This document shows positions 9,657-20,588 of a stretch of 64,000 bases of DNA, piece by piece. Origin of the DNA: a virus. Lineage: Duplodnaviria; Caudoviricetes. A program made the translations under genes and the position numbers. The notes under the pieces were generated by a model, which searched no databases, had not been told where the DNA came from, and saw nothing but the letters and a program-made list of their open reading frames with translations. The stretch's first letter is position 1, and each line of letters begins with the position of its first letter. The DNA is taken from positions 3,107 through 67,106 of IMG/VR virus record IMGVR_UViG_3300021431_000124; one strand, 5' to 3'.

Positions 9657-10871
9657 TCAATCACCAATGTCTTCGTTTTGTTGATTCCAACCAAAAAGAT
9701 AATTATAAGAACTTTCTAAACATATATAGTTACCATTATCAAATGTTTGCTTCCTAGAAGCGACACCTGCAATCACTAAATCTGTATCTAAATAACCTTT
9801 AAAGCCATCACCTGCGACAACACCATATGTATTTAAATCATTTGCAAAAGATCCGACACCAAGAATACAATATCTTGTTTTGTTATTTGAATCAAAAATT
9901 TTGCTATTTAATTTTTCTGCACCTTCTGTAAAAAACAAAACATTTCTATTACTGCCATCACCACCATTTATCCATGTGCCGTCTGCTTTAGAAATACAGC
10001 AACATGAATCTAAGCTATAAAAATAACTACTATTAATTCCTAAACCAGGCACATTTATAGAAGATTGACCATAATTTGAAGAAAATGTTGAATACAAGAC
10101 CAATGCCCAACCTTCAGCAGTATCCGTATATCTACGAAAACAAATAGTGCCATACTTAGCTTGTAATGTATTGTCTTCTTGATGAGCTAAACTACCAAAG
10201 ATCCGACCTGTCATATAAATAGGTGTATAGAAGCCAGGTACGACAGAATATCTATTTGAATATAAACATATAGTATAAGGTGTAGCCATTATCCAATATC
10301 TATAATAATAATCATTGATTGGATTGTATGCTGATGGATATTCTAAAGCAGAAACTGCTGAACTTCTATAAAAAGTACCACAAATTCTTGTCGCGTCTGA
10401 TGGTATAAATGTTGTTGTCGTTGGATCGCCGAATGTACTTGAAGAACCTGCTGGAATCATTGATGTACAAAAGCCACCATAATAATCACTACCTTTATAA
10501 AGAACCAAATCGTTTCCACTAAAATTTTTTATGCCAAAATCGAAAATTTGATCTCCAAAAAATGACATAAATAATTTACAACCACTTATATTGTTTATAA
10601 AAAACAATGCTGGATAAGTTTTATTTCCAGTTCGACATGGTATATCTGTAAAAGATGTTATTGTATTATTTTTTGTAGTATCTAAAACCCAACCACAATT
10701 ACAATCTATAAGACACTGTGCATATTTTGATAATAAGGTTTCACTACGAGATCTTCGTAATGAATCAGAATTACCAGTTGGGAATTCCTCATCACCTGCT
10801 TGTACATAAAAAGATCTAACAACGAATCCCATGTTTTTACCTTTTTTATTTATAAGTACAAAGAAAAACAA
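9657..10871 (-). CDS. Tandem paralog 1 of ~400-aa family; likely start MGFVVRS at 10832
   Basis: GCKLF, PSDATR, GDGFKGYLDTDL motifs. Confidence 0.7.
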   Translation of the reverse strand: MFFFVLINKKGKNMGFVVRSFYVQAGDEEFPTGNSDSLRRSRSETLLSKYAQCLIDCNCGWVLDTTKNNTITSFTDIPCRTGNKTYPALFFINNISGCKLFMSFFGDQIFDFGIKNFSGNDLVLYKGSDYYGGFCTSMIPAGSSSTFGDPTTTTFIPSDATRICGTFYRSSAVSALEYPSAYNPINDYYYRYWIMATPYTICLYSNRYSVVPGFYTPIYMTGRIFGSLAHQEDNTLQAKYGTICFRRYTDTAEGWALVLYSTFSSNYGQSSINVPGLGINSSYFYSLDSCCCISKADGTWINGGDGSNRNVLFFTEGAEKLNSKIFDSNNKTRYCILGVGSFANDLNTYGVVAGDGFKGYLDTDLVIAGVASRKQTFDNGNYICLESSYNYLFGWNQQNEDIGD

Positions 10872-10895
10872 ACAAACTTTAACCTATTTGTTTGT

Positions 10896-13034
10896 TCAAT
10901 CTTTCAAAAGAACTTCGCTAGAAGGCTCAGAAACTATAAATTTATCATTTTGGTTGTTCGTTAATACGCCACCTATAATATATGAGTTTTCATAGATAAC
11001 ACCACCAAATGAATATTCAGCACCGATTAAATTCATATCACTATATGCATATCTTCCTTTTTCAGCCAAGCCTGAAATTTGATGACTTATTATTAATTGA
11101 TCTTCATTTTCAGATATGACACCGCCGATAATATACCCTGACGCTTCAAAGACGAGTTTAGCAACAACATCCATTGTTATAGTATAACTATCGCCAAACG
11201 ATCCAATGTTCCACGAAACAGGTTTATAAATTACACCATTACTATTATATTCGCCAGTAACTGTCGGAAGTGTCACGACAGTACCACTATATCCAAATTC
11301 AGTAGGCGGTATTGCTATTGTTATATTTGGTAATGCTGTATTTGCAAAAGATAATATAAATTTGCGTTCAACAGATACACACCATGCACTAAAACCTGAT
11401 ACATCATCAAATTGTAATTTTAATGCTCCATTATCATTTGTTAAATACTCATTAGATGGCACTGCTTCCATGTTACCATTATGCAACATATAAGCTACTG
11501 GTTGTGTTCCATCATACATGGATATTGTTAATTCATCTATAACTGGACTCCCATTTTCATCATATAATTGTATTAACTCATTTGCATTTAATTCTGTATT
11601 TAAAACCTCATTTCTTCCATTCGATGTAAAATAAAAGTTCTTTGTCGCAACTGACAAATCATAACCAATTACAATATCGGGTGTTTCCAAAATTATAGAT
11701 TTTATTTCTTCTGTATTTATTACTGGTGATTCTAAAATAACAGATTTTAATTCGCTTGTTTCATAATCAATCCAACCACCATGAACAATTCTACCACTGT
11801 CTGCATTAACAACAAAGTAAGTTAATTCTGGTGGATTACCTTTAACTACAGTACCAGACCATATTATTGGTTCGCTCACAAGATCAAAACTAACGTCATA
11901 ATCTGGCTGTTTGTCTAATATAAGTTCATCACTATCTGTAAGATAGAAACTGTCATCTGTGATTAAGTCAATCGACTGACTATAATCAGGCTGTTTCACT
12001 AATTCTAATTCGTCATCATCTGTTATATATAATGTATCATCAATATTAAGATTAAAGCTAACATTATAATAAGGTTGTTTATCCAGAATTATATATTCTG
12101 GATAATCTTCGACAATATCTCGTCCAACTTTTGATCCTATGCCTACCGTACCGCCAATAACGAATTTAGCACCTTGCGGGCTTGTAATTTCACCATCTGC
12201 AATAAAGAATTCGCCGTAAGTGGATGTTATGCAGCCGTATGCCGTCTCATCTACGTCATAACTGACTGGCAGCGGAACTGTGTGTTCGATTTCAAATCCG
12301 AAGAAATAATAGCCTTTTTGATGATATTGTGATAACTGGTTTATTGTGTACTGAGAGCGATAGACCTGACCAAAAGTGTAATATTGGTCAAACTGCCTAC
12401 GACGATAAAAGGTTATATCACCATCAAAATCTTTATGCAGATCTATAACATCACCCGCATCGACGTGAATGCTTAAATCAGTGTCTTTTCTGCCTAAATA
12501 AATTGCGTCACTGCACTTAAAAACAAGTGGGTCTGGTGTGCGCAACATACCAATGCGATAGCCAGCAGGTATTTGTTGCTTAATGAAATAATCGCTGTCT
12601 ATTGTGATGTTTTTGTCTGTTATCAGATAAATGAGTCCGTCTTTGGCATTCGGCGCGTATTCGTCTGGGACATCCATATAGTGATAGAGTTCAAAGTCGT
12701 TATTTCTCGAATCCTTGAGACTACCACCGAAGCGCATCAGCTTGTCTATGTCTGACAGCTCGCCACGGACGTGCATCAATGAGAACCATTCAGACAAAAC
12801 GAGTTTTCCTAGCTTGTTTATGTTATATATTGGCAGACCGTCAAGAAAGAAATCCTGATAAGTCATAAAGAAGTCATCATCCATATTCTCAAATGACATC
12901 GTTGAGAGTATGTCTTGCGCTTCCATATTGCAGCAAAATATTATCTCATCTATCAATTCAAGATAAGCCTTGAGGAAAACATTTTCCTCAAGGTATTTCG
13001 GTGCAAGGTATTTTGTGAGTGAATAATCAAACAT
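10896..13034 (-). CDS. Baseplate wedge/tail protein (P2 gpI-like N-terminus) with internal repeats
   Basis: N-terminal YLAPKYL..FLKAYLELIDE...HVRGELSDI resembles wedge proteins; repeated LDKQPDY units. Confidence 0.55.
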   Translation of the reverse strand: MFDYSLTKYLAPKYLEENVFLKAYLELIDEIIFCCNMEAQDILSTMSFENMDDDFFMTYQDFFLDGLPIYNINKLGKLVLSEWFSLMHVRGELSDIDKLMRFGGSLKDSRNNDFELYHYMDVPDEYAPNAKDGLIYLITDKNITIDSDYFIKQQIPAGYRIGMLRTPDPLVFKCSDAIYLGRKDTDLSIHVDAGDVIDLHKDFDGDITFYRRRQFDQYYTFGQVYRSQYTINQLSQYHQKGYYFFGFEIEHTVPLPVSYDVDETAYGCITSTYGEFFIADGEITSPQGAKFVIGGTVGIGSKVGRDIVEDYPEYIILDKQPYYNVSFNLNIDDTLYITDDDELELVKQPDYSQSIDLITDDSFYLTDSDELILDKQPDYDVSFDLVSEPIIWSGTVVKGNPPELTYFVVNADSGRIVHGGWIDYETSELKSVILESPVINTEEIKSIILETPDIVIGYDLSVATKNFYFTSNGRNEVLNTELNANELIQLYDENGSPVIDELTISMYDGTQPVAYMLHNGNMEAVPSNEYLTNDNGALKLQFDDVSGFSAWCVSVERKFILSFANTALPNITIAIPPTEFGYSGTVVTLPTVTGEYNSNGVIYKPVSWNIGSFGDSYTITMDVVAKLVFEASGYIIGGVISENEDQLIISHQISGLAEKGRYAYSDMNLIGAEYSFGGVIYENSYIIGGVLTNNQNDKFIVSEPSSEVLLKD

Positions 13035-13146
13035 ATAGCATTAGCATAACATAAACAGACAAAACCATTGCATTATTAGATAGTTTTGCCGTTTATGCAA
13101 GCTAAAACATCACAAAATTTCAAAACCAAAACTCATTATATAGTAT

Positions 13147-15078
13147 TTATTTATATGGATATTTATATGGATAATAAAACATTCTTGAAACAAAATAACA
13201 ATTTCCAATCTTTACACCATCATAAGTATAATCATAATTCTCATATGGTTGCATTAAAGGGGCAATCGTTATAGCACCCCAATTAAAATCACCTTGATAC
13301 CCAAAGAATGAAACACACTTATATTCATAGCACAAACAACTTTCTGAGATTGCGTTACTTATATCCGTCTTTCCTAAAGATGTAGCATAACTCCTTACTA
13401 TGAAATCCGTTCCATCTCTATATTTTACAATAACAAATTTTAAATTATCTCTTAATGAGATTTGAGTAGCAATTGAAACAGATTGTCTATTAAACTCTGA
13501 ATTTAAATTACTATAATACACATGATTTTTATTACAATATGGAATGTTTATTTCTGTTGGACTACAAAAGCAAATACTCTTTTTGTAACTCATGTTTTGA
13601 GGATACCCATCTGCACTACCTGAATTAATAACAACATTATAATTTTCTATTATTTTCTTTCTACCTTCTGTACTAATATAATCATTATACGGATTATTTT
13701 TATCAAAAGGCATATATGCATTATAAAATACTGGTAATAAATTTCTTAAATGATCAATACAAAAATTACCACTATCTGTGTATGTGTTATTCTCAATTAA
13801 TTCATCACTTCTTATGAAACCGTTACCATAAACATTTGTTTGGTCATAAAAGAATGGAATTAATTTTATAACATACGGATTAGAACTGTTGCTTACGATC
13901 CTTCTATTCGCTCTAAAAGCATCTTCTCCTGAATCAAGATGTTGAAGTTCCATCAATTCACTAACAAGGAAGAACACACAACCTTGTTGTTTTTGAGGTA
14001 AAAATTTTGGTTGTGCTACGAGAGATACTAAATCTATATATGATGAAGCAGAAGTGCCATTATTAACATATCCATTTATATTGTATATACAATCTTCAAA
14101 GAAAATATTTTCAAAAAATGTATTATCATTCTTACCATTCGTAAGTTTTAAATACCATGGATATTTTTGAATTTCTTCTTGAGTTAATACATCACTTAAA
14201 TCAGATGAATTACCACCATTTAAATTATAGAGATGAGTTAGCATTGAGTCATCATAACCATCAAAATTTTCAAAGCCACCAGCACCAACAATAAAAACAG
14301 ATTTTTTTTGAGGACTTATATCAGAAAAAGGTTTGAAGTTAGCTGTTTTTATAAAATAAATATAATACAAATAACAATAAAGAATAACATCATTAATTAA
14401 ATTGTTCATCATGAACACAGCCCATAATCCATCCCACCCCCCATCAATAGGCATATCCTCTGGTGAAATATAATGATCGCCTTCATGTTGACGCCAATCT
14501 GATTCAAGAAAAATACAATCTACATAACCAGTATCTTTTTTATGAGATTCAACTGGATAAAAATCATCAAAACAAATTGGCGATATCAAATAATAATCGA
14601 ACATAACACCATCAATAGTCTTAGTTTTTTCTTTATTTTTAAAGAAAATAGGTAGCTTCACAAATTTTCCATTATAATTGTATTGTAATTCATTTGTACA
14701 TGCAGTAGAGACTTCTTCCATTGATTTAAATGGTTCTAAATCATCAAACAAACCATTATAAAATACATAATTTTCTGCTTTAAAATCCAAACCAGATTCA
14801 TCACCAATTTTTTCTATATCAATAACTCTACCATCTTCATAAATACGACGTTCAATAAGCACTCTTTCTATATTATCTTTATCATTAACGACACTAACTC
14901 TAAGTCCATATATTATAACAATAACATATTTGTTTTCATTAAAGAAATCCACTGTTGAGAGATCACCACTATAATTTCTAAAGTACAATTTATCTTCAAA
15001 TATAGCTATTTCGCCATAATCTAAATCTGAAACATCAGAAATAGTCTTTATTGTTAATAACGTTTTTATAGTTTTCAT
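13147..15078 (-). CDS. Hypothetical tail-associated protein
   Basis: 643-aa ORF, very AT-rich, within tail/baseplate cluster. Confidence 0.6.
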   Translation of the reverse strand: MKTIKTLLTIKTISDVSDLDYGEIAIFEDKLYFRNYSGDLSTVDFFNENKYVIVIIYGLRVSVVNDKDNIERVLIERRIYEDGRVIDIEKIGDESGLDFKAENYVFYNGLFDDLEPFKSMEEVSTACTNELQYNYNGKFVKLPIFFKNKEKTKTIDGVMFDYYLISPICFDDFYPVESHKKDTGYVDCIFLESDWRQHEGDHYISPEDMPIDGGWDGLWAVFMMNNLINDVILYCYLYYIYFIKTANFKPFSDISPQKKSVFIVGAGGFENFDGYDDSMLTHLYNLNGGNSSDLSDVLTQEEIQKYPWYLKLTNGKNDNTFFENIFFEDCIYNINGYVNNGTSASSYIDLVSLVAQPKFLPQKQQGCVFFLVSELMELQHLDSGEDAFRANRRIVSNSSNPYVIKLIPFFYDQTNVYGNGFIRSDELIENNTYTDSGNFCIDHLRNLLPVFYNAYMPFDKNNPYNDYISTEGRKKIIENYNVVINSGSADGYPQNMSYKKSICFCSPTEINIPYCNKNHVYYSNLNSEFNRQSVSIATQISLRDNLKFVIVKYRDGTDFIVRSYATSLGKTDISNAISESCLCYEYKCVSFFGYQGDFNWGAITIAPLMQPYENYDYTYDGVKIGNCYFVSRMFYYPYKYPYK

Positions 15079-15118
15079 AATTATATCCTTTATTATTATG
15101 ATTATTAGCTATATTGTT

Positions 15119-17881
15119 TTAGTTCCCGCTAACATACAAAAGTACATTTTGTTGTGATATTGATGAATCACTTTCTTTCAATGTAAAACTAATACCATTT
15201 AAATTAAACGAAACTTTATCGTTAATTTGATCTATTCCTATCGAATTAAGACTAATTTCCCCTTTAAAATATTGTAAATACCCTGATGATATCCAAAAAT
15301 GATCTTCTTTAATATCGCCTGCATTAGCATTTTTTAAAACACACATTGGTTTCTGGATGTCATAACCTTTAATAGAAGAATTAAGCGTTTTTAACCTTGT
15401 TGGAAGGTTTATATAATAATTTTCTTTAGAATAAACAAATACAGAAGATAACACTCCATCAGTATAATCAACAGGTAACAAACTAGTACTTATTTCATCA
15501 CAATAAAGTTTGCCTTGTGAATGATCTCCAACAACACATATTGGTGAGTGGGTGTCATTAAAACTTATCCAATTAGGTTCTAAAACACGACCATCTTCAT
15601 ATATAAATTTTATATATTCCTCTCCAGCATTTCCTTCGTCAACATGACCACCTATAACATATTTTTTTCTTTGTTCTGCAACAACATCATTCAAAAGAAC
15701 ACCCTGTTGTGTTTCTATTTCATCAAAATGAACAATCTCTTCATCACCAAGATAAGGCATTTCATAACGAGTCGTATATTTAGGATAATAAGAAGTATTT
15801 TTTATTTGTTCAGAATCCCTATAAGAAAAAGGAAGCATAAAGTTGCTAAAATATAACAAAGAAAATCTGCACCCTAAAGATTCGTTCTTTTTAAAAAGAT
15901 CTACAAAAAAACGTTTATCACAATTATAGTAATTTCCTGATATTTCATGCATTGGATGACGATATAAAGAAATTTTATATGATTGACTTTTCCAATTATC
16001 AAAATATTTTTTTATTTTTAAAGCATCATATTCACGATTAAATTTAACAGGTTCTTCTGGGTCATTAAAACCAAAGTCATAATTCAAAAAATTTAAATTA
16101 TATGAATATAAATTATCAGTAGTTGATATATCTCCTACGTCAGGATCATAAAACTGAACATCAAAATAAGCAACTTCATCTTCTTTTGATAAACCATAAT
16201 TTGAAACAGAAGTTCTACATCCTAGAATTACATTCTTACCTAACAATGTATCTCTAACAATCTTTTTTTTATCCCCATTGAATCTTTCTTTAAAAACAAC
16301 AAATTGTACAGAAACCGAACTTGAATCAAACGTACCTTGAGGCAGGTTTTCAAAATTAAATTCTAAATCAAATTTATTAGTAGCTGTATTAAATACATAT
16401 GATGCTGTATTATATTTTATTTCTTCTAATTCAGGTGGTTCTATATCGTATCCAAATTCATCTCTATTTAAATATCTATAACAAGTAAAACCATAACTAT
16501 TCGGTATTTGACGATTAATTATCATATAAAGATCGCAATACACAGGTGTATTGTCATTGTCAGAAACAGATGATGTTTCTGCTGCGTTCCAAAAAACAAT
16601 ATTTGTTATTAAATATTTACCTTCATCTGGTAATTCGATAGAAAATTTTAAGCGGTTCTGATATATCAACGTCGATTCAGAAGTAAATTGACCTAACTTT
16701 ACAAAATCTTTCATATCAGCACACGGTGTTTGTGCATTAGAAATAATAATTTTTTGGGGAGGATCTGATTGGTCTTCTTCACTAATAAAGACATCTGTTG
16801 TTACATCTAAACAGATACGGTTTCCTTCTGTTTCAGAATATTCAAAGAACCCATCACCTGAAACACCATTATGAAAAATGGAAAATATAGAATTAACACC
16901 ATCCCATTGTTTTTTATACAAAGATGGGTAGTCATAAAAATATCGAGCTAACAATGCTCTTGGATTCATATATCCAATATAAATTTTAAACAATATATGA
17001 ACTATACCAAACCATACATCAGATGTCATTATTTTAAATTTATTAAGTTTAGACATTATTATATGATTTGTTTCATTAAAATATCCAGTCTCAGATCCGA
17101 AAGGACTAGAAACAAGACCAAAAGACTCTGGCACATGTGATATATATAAATATTTATCATCACCAAAAGCTTTTGGTACAAAAAATCCAAATTTTAATTT
17201 ATCAGGTAATGAATTATAAACAAAAGGTGATATTATCTCATATCTTCTATAATACTTATTATCTTTCTTATTCAAAAAGAAATAAATTCTTATATAAAAT
17301 CTAGGTATTCTAACAAAAGTTTTATTAAAACCGAAAGATGTGTCTTCTAAATCTTCAATAAATTCATCATCATGACTATTCAATATAAGTTCTTTTGGTA
17401 CATAAGTAGAAACATCATCTTGTGAAGCTCCACGTAAAAAAGAATAATTAGTGACATAATACCCTCTATTTGGATGAAGGCTATCAATCCATGTGGAATT
17501 TTCCACCCCATTAGATCCAATGTTTTTTGTTACAAGACAAATTTCATTAAAAGGAAATATTCCATCAATATTTCTTTCTTCATAATCATTTATATATTCT
17601 ATACTGTCAACAGATTCTATTTTACCATCTTTACAAAAAGATACATTTAGTTTATAATTACCTGATATATCATCCTCATTCTCGTCACGATAAGAGCTTA
17701 GATCTTTTAATCCATTTATACTATCCACTTCTGCTTCTGCTCTTACATAATCAAAACTGTTGTCAAAAGACGATAATAAAAATTCATAGACATCATTACC
17801 TATTTTAATTCCTTTTTCGTTCATTTCGCCGTTGAGGAGTTTATCGCTATCAATATTGCTTATTTTTATGTTCTTGCTCAT
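15119..17881 (-). CDS. Large hypothetical tail-associated protein
   Basis: 920-aa ORF; FVRIPRFY segment like those in phage tail accessory proteins. Confidence 0.6.
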   Translation of the reverse strand: MSKNIKISNIDSDKLLNGEMNEKGIKIGNDVYEFLLSSFDNSFDYVRAEAEVDSINGLKDLSSYRDENEDDISGNYKLNVSFCKDGKIESVDSIEYINDYEERNIDGIFPFNEICLVTKNIGSNGVENSTWIDSLHPNRGYYVTNYSFLRGASQDDVSTYVPKELILNSHDDEFIEDLEDTSFGFNKTFVRIPRFYIRIYFFLNKKDNKYYRRYEIISPFVYNSLPDKLKFGFFVPKAFGDDKYLYISHVPESFGLVSSPFGSETGYFNETNHIIMSKLNKFKIMTSDVWFGIVHILFKIYIGYMNPRALLARYFYDYPSLYKKQWDGVNSIFSIFHNGVSGDGFFEYSETEGNRICLDVTTDVFISEEDQSDPPQKIIISNAQTPCADMKDFVKLGQFTSESTLIYQNRLKFSIELPDEGKYLITNIVFWNAAETSSVSDNDNTPVYCDLYMIINRQIPNSYGFTCYRYLNRDEFGYDIEPPELEEIKYNTASYVFNTATNKFDLEFNFENLPQGTFDSSSVSVQFVVFKERFNGDKKKIVRDTLLGKNVILGCRTSVSNYGLSKEDEVAYFDVQFYDPDVGDISTTDNLYSYNLNFLNYDFGFNDPEEPVKFNREYDALKIKKYFDNWKSQSYKISLYRHPMHEISGNYYNCDKRFFVDLFKKNESLGCRFSLLYFSNFMLPFSYRDSEQIKNTSYYPKYTTRYEMPYLGDEEIVHFDEIETQQGVLLNDVVAEQRKKYVIGGHVDEGNAGEEYIKFIYEDGRVLEPNWISFNDTHSPICVVGDHSQGKLYCDEISTSLLPVDYTDGVLSSVFVYSKENYYINLPTRLKTLNSSIKGYDIQKPMCVLKNANAGDIKEDHFWISSGYLQYFKGEISLNSIGIDQINDKVSFNLNGISFTLKESDSSISQQNVLLYVSGN

Positions 17882-17959
17882 CGCTTTGCCCCAATCAATG
17901 ATAAAAAAAAATACATCACATACTTTAGATAGTGTTTGATAGTAGATACATATTTAACT

Positions 17960-20464
17960 CTAATATATAGTTCTAACACAAAGAATTAAATAGCTTTTAG
18001 TTGTATCACTGGGTCTGCCCATTCCACAAGATAATATCCATTTTGTGTTTTTATAATCGTCTATATTACCAATACCAGCGGAAATAGCATTAATAGTACC
18101 ATCTTGAAGAGTTATCAGAGGTATCTGAGCTGATCCAATGGTATCACTAACAACGCTTCCATCGTAATTACTGAAATAAAAAGAACTCCCTGTTGGAATT
18201 TCAACGTTTGCATATTTTGCAGTAAGAAAAAACAATTTAACACATGGTGTATTGCACATAATAGTATCGCAAAAAACATCTCGCCATGCGTTTAGTCTAC
18301 TGCCAATATCCATATCTTTACCTGAAAAAGACCAGTGCCTTAATTCTGTTCTATTAGAAGCTGGTGAGTACCTTCCAAATCCAATACCTCCTAATTCATT
18401 TTCAGAATTACCACTAACATTCCAAAACATAGAATTTACGTTCAATGATTCAGTCATATAATCTGTATTATTCTCATTAGAAGCTTTAAAACTTACAATC
18501 TTAGGTTCAGTATGTAACTCTGTTTTATATTTATCTGTTTTATTACTAGAGTTTATATATATTTGACCATCACCCATAAATGTTATTGATTCTTCACATG
18601 TTTTATTTGTATTAGAATCAGAATATGTATTTTTTAATATTATATTAAATTCATTCATTGAAAAAGATGATGATGAATCACCAGTAGTTTGAACATTAAT
18701 GTTTTTGTTTACACCATTTACAACAAAAGTATGATCAGTAATGTTATTATCTCCACCAATAGCTTTCAATGTGTCAAACAGAGTAATCATATCGACGGCA
18801 CGACCCGTCTCAGGCATTGTCATACCATCGTAACTAAGATCACCTGTCTCGCTATAGTGATACATTAAATCAAGAACACCATTGTCATCGCCATCGCTGT
18901 CCTTGACTTTGACAATCTTCACTTCACCATATTCTGTTTCTGTCGCAATTTTCTGAGTCTCTGCGACTGGATATAAACCTTCTGTAAAATCATCAACAAC
19001 AACGCCACCCAGAACAACAGTATCGTCATCCTCTGCGTTCTCGTTTGTTGCTGGCACTAAATTACTCAAGCACTTCGTTAAATGCGTGTTTACGATAGCC
19101 TCTTCGATGTTCTGGCGCATACGTTTAACGACTGGCACACGATACATTACTTCACCGATTTCAATTCCTTCGTGTGCTTTTGTCGCATAATACTCGTTGC
19201 TATAACTATCGGATTCTGCATTATAGAAAGCGAGCGGCATACAACATTCAAACTGATAACCACTTTCAGTTTTTTGTACTGGTGACGACCAGAATGTGTA
19301 GTCGCGACCACCCATGCCGTTTATATTGCTTTCAAGCGTCATGGGATGAGCAACATTCTCTGCATCAAAATAAACAGGGCACTCCTCGCTATTGTCCCAA
19401 TAAGATTTATAAAGTATATATGTTCCTCTATTCTTGCTATATTGCAATGAATATTGAATATTAAATCTTTGTTCTGTCGTTGGAATAAGAGTTCCATCAT
19501 GTGAAACAAATGGCGCAATTGTTGGCTTTTCTGTTATATCAAATTTAAAGAATAACAAAAGATGAGATTTTTCGTTAGCATTTCTTCGATAATGCAGAGG
19601 CTCAACATAAGAAAATTCTATTCCAAATGGCGTTAAATATCTGTCTTGAAATTCTTGTTTGTAACAATCAGATATATTTAATATAAATGTTGCTACACTT
19701 CCAGTACTTGTACAACAGTATGTATTACAACAAAAATCACGATAAAAATCATGTGATGATGTGTTGTAAGAGTTTGTCCCAGGTATCGGGTAATTACCTG
19801 ATATTGACTCTAATTTCTCTCGGCTTTCAAATCCAAAAATAAAATCAACTATACCAGAACTTAAATTATCAATAACAGATATAGCTGTGTCTAACTCATT
19901 GATTATTTGTTGTCTTGTTCTATAATTTCCATTATTTTTCTTAAATATAATATGAAGCTGATCATCCGAAATTAAAGTTTGGTCTTGTATAGCTGTTTTA
20001 AATCTATCCAACGCATCTTTTGTTGCTTCAACTCTTTCTGACTCAGACAATGTTGAATTACAATTATAAACATGTGATATTCCAACTTTATATGGTGACA
20101 AAAAATCTATAATTTCATTTGTTGTCGCATTTCTTAAAACTTCTTGAACAAGAAACGGATGATTAAAATCAACAATAGGTATATCAAATCCACAAACATT
20201 AGCTTTAATATCACCAAACTTTCGATAATTTATTACATAATCAAATTTATGATTATCATCGTAAACAGTACTTTTAGCTAAATTCAATAATTCTTTTATA
20301 TTAAGATTTCTGCTAAAGCCGAATTCAAGTGACTGTCTGGATGACATATATGATTTCAAAAAATCAGACAGACCCATTAAACCATCATTCCATCTACTCA
20401 AAGCACAATTCGCAGTTGTATCTGGTGTCGGCACAAAATAGCTAAAATCAAATGTGTTATTCAT
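17960..20464 (-). CDS. Tail fibre-like protein
   Basis: ATETEYGEVKI fibre repeat and IGSRLNAWRDVFC motif also seen in 25224-27377. Confidence 0.6.
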   Translation of the reverse strand: MNNTFDFSYFVPTPDTTANCALSRWNDGLMGLSDFLKSYMSSRQSLEFGFSRNLNIKELLNLAKSTVYDDNHKFDYVINYRKFGDIKANVCGFDIPIVDFNHPFLVQEVLRNATTNEIIDFLSPYKVGISHVYNCNSTLSESERVEATKDALDRFKTAIQDQTLISDDQLHIIFKKNNGNYRTRQQIINELDTAISVIDNLSSGIVDFIFGFESREKLESISGNYPIPGTNSYNTSSHDFYRDFCCNTYCCTSTGSVATFILNISDCYKQEFQDRYLTPFGIEFSYVEPLHYRRNANEKSHLLLFFKFDITEKPTIAPFVSHDGTLIPTTEQRFNIQYSLQYSKNRGTYILYKSYWDNSEECPVYFDAENVAHPMTLESNINGMGGRDYTFWSSPVQKTESGYQFECCMPLAFYNAESDSYSNEYYATKAHEGIEIGEVMYRVPVVKRMRQNIEEAIVNTHLTKCLSNLVPATNENAEDDDTVVLGGVVVDDFTEGLYPVAETQKIATETEYGEVKIVKVKDSDGDDNGVLDLMYHYSETGDLSYDGMTMPETGRAVDMITLFDTLKAIGGDNNITDHTFVVNGVNKNINVQTTGDSSSSFSMNEFNIILKNTYSDSNTNKTCEESITFMGDGQIYINSSNKTDKYKTELHTEPKIVSFKASNENNTDYMTESLNVNSMFWNVSGNSENELGGIGFGRYSPASNRTELRHWSFSGKDMDIGSRLNAWRDVFCDTIMCNTPCVKLFFLTAKYANVEIPTGSSFYFSNYDGSVVSDTIGSAQIPLITLQDGTINAISAGIGNIDDYKNTKWILSCGMGRPSDTTKSYLILCVRTIY

Positions 20465-20588
20465 TGTATTTCTCCAAAATCAAATCAATGCCAATCTGCA
20501 TTGATACTTTTGATTTAACTTTAAATTATTTATCGTTAAAAGTCCAAACAAAAATCAATAACCATTATCTTAGATAGAAATACGACCC

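Noticed and set aside
5863-10871. Diversity-generating retroelement acting on the paralogs
   Set aside because: No reverse transcriptase and no template/variable repeat pair with adenine-specific differences seen in the window
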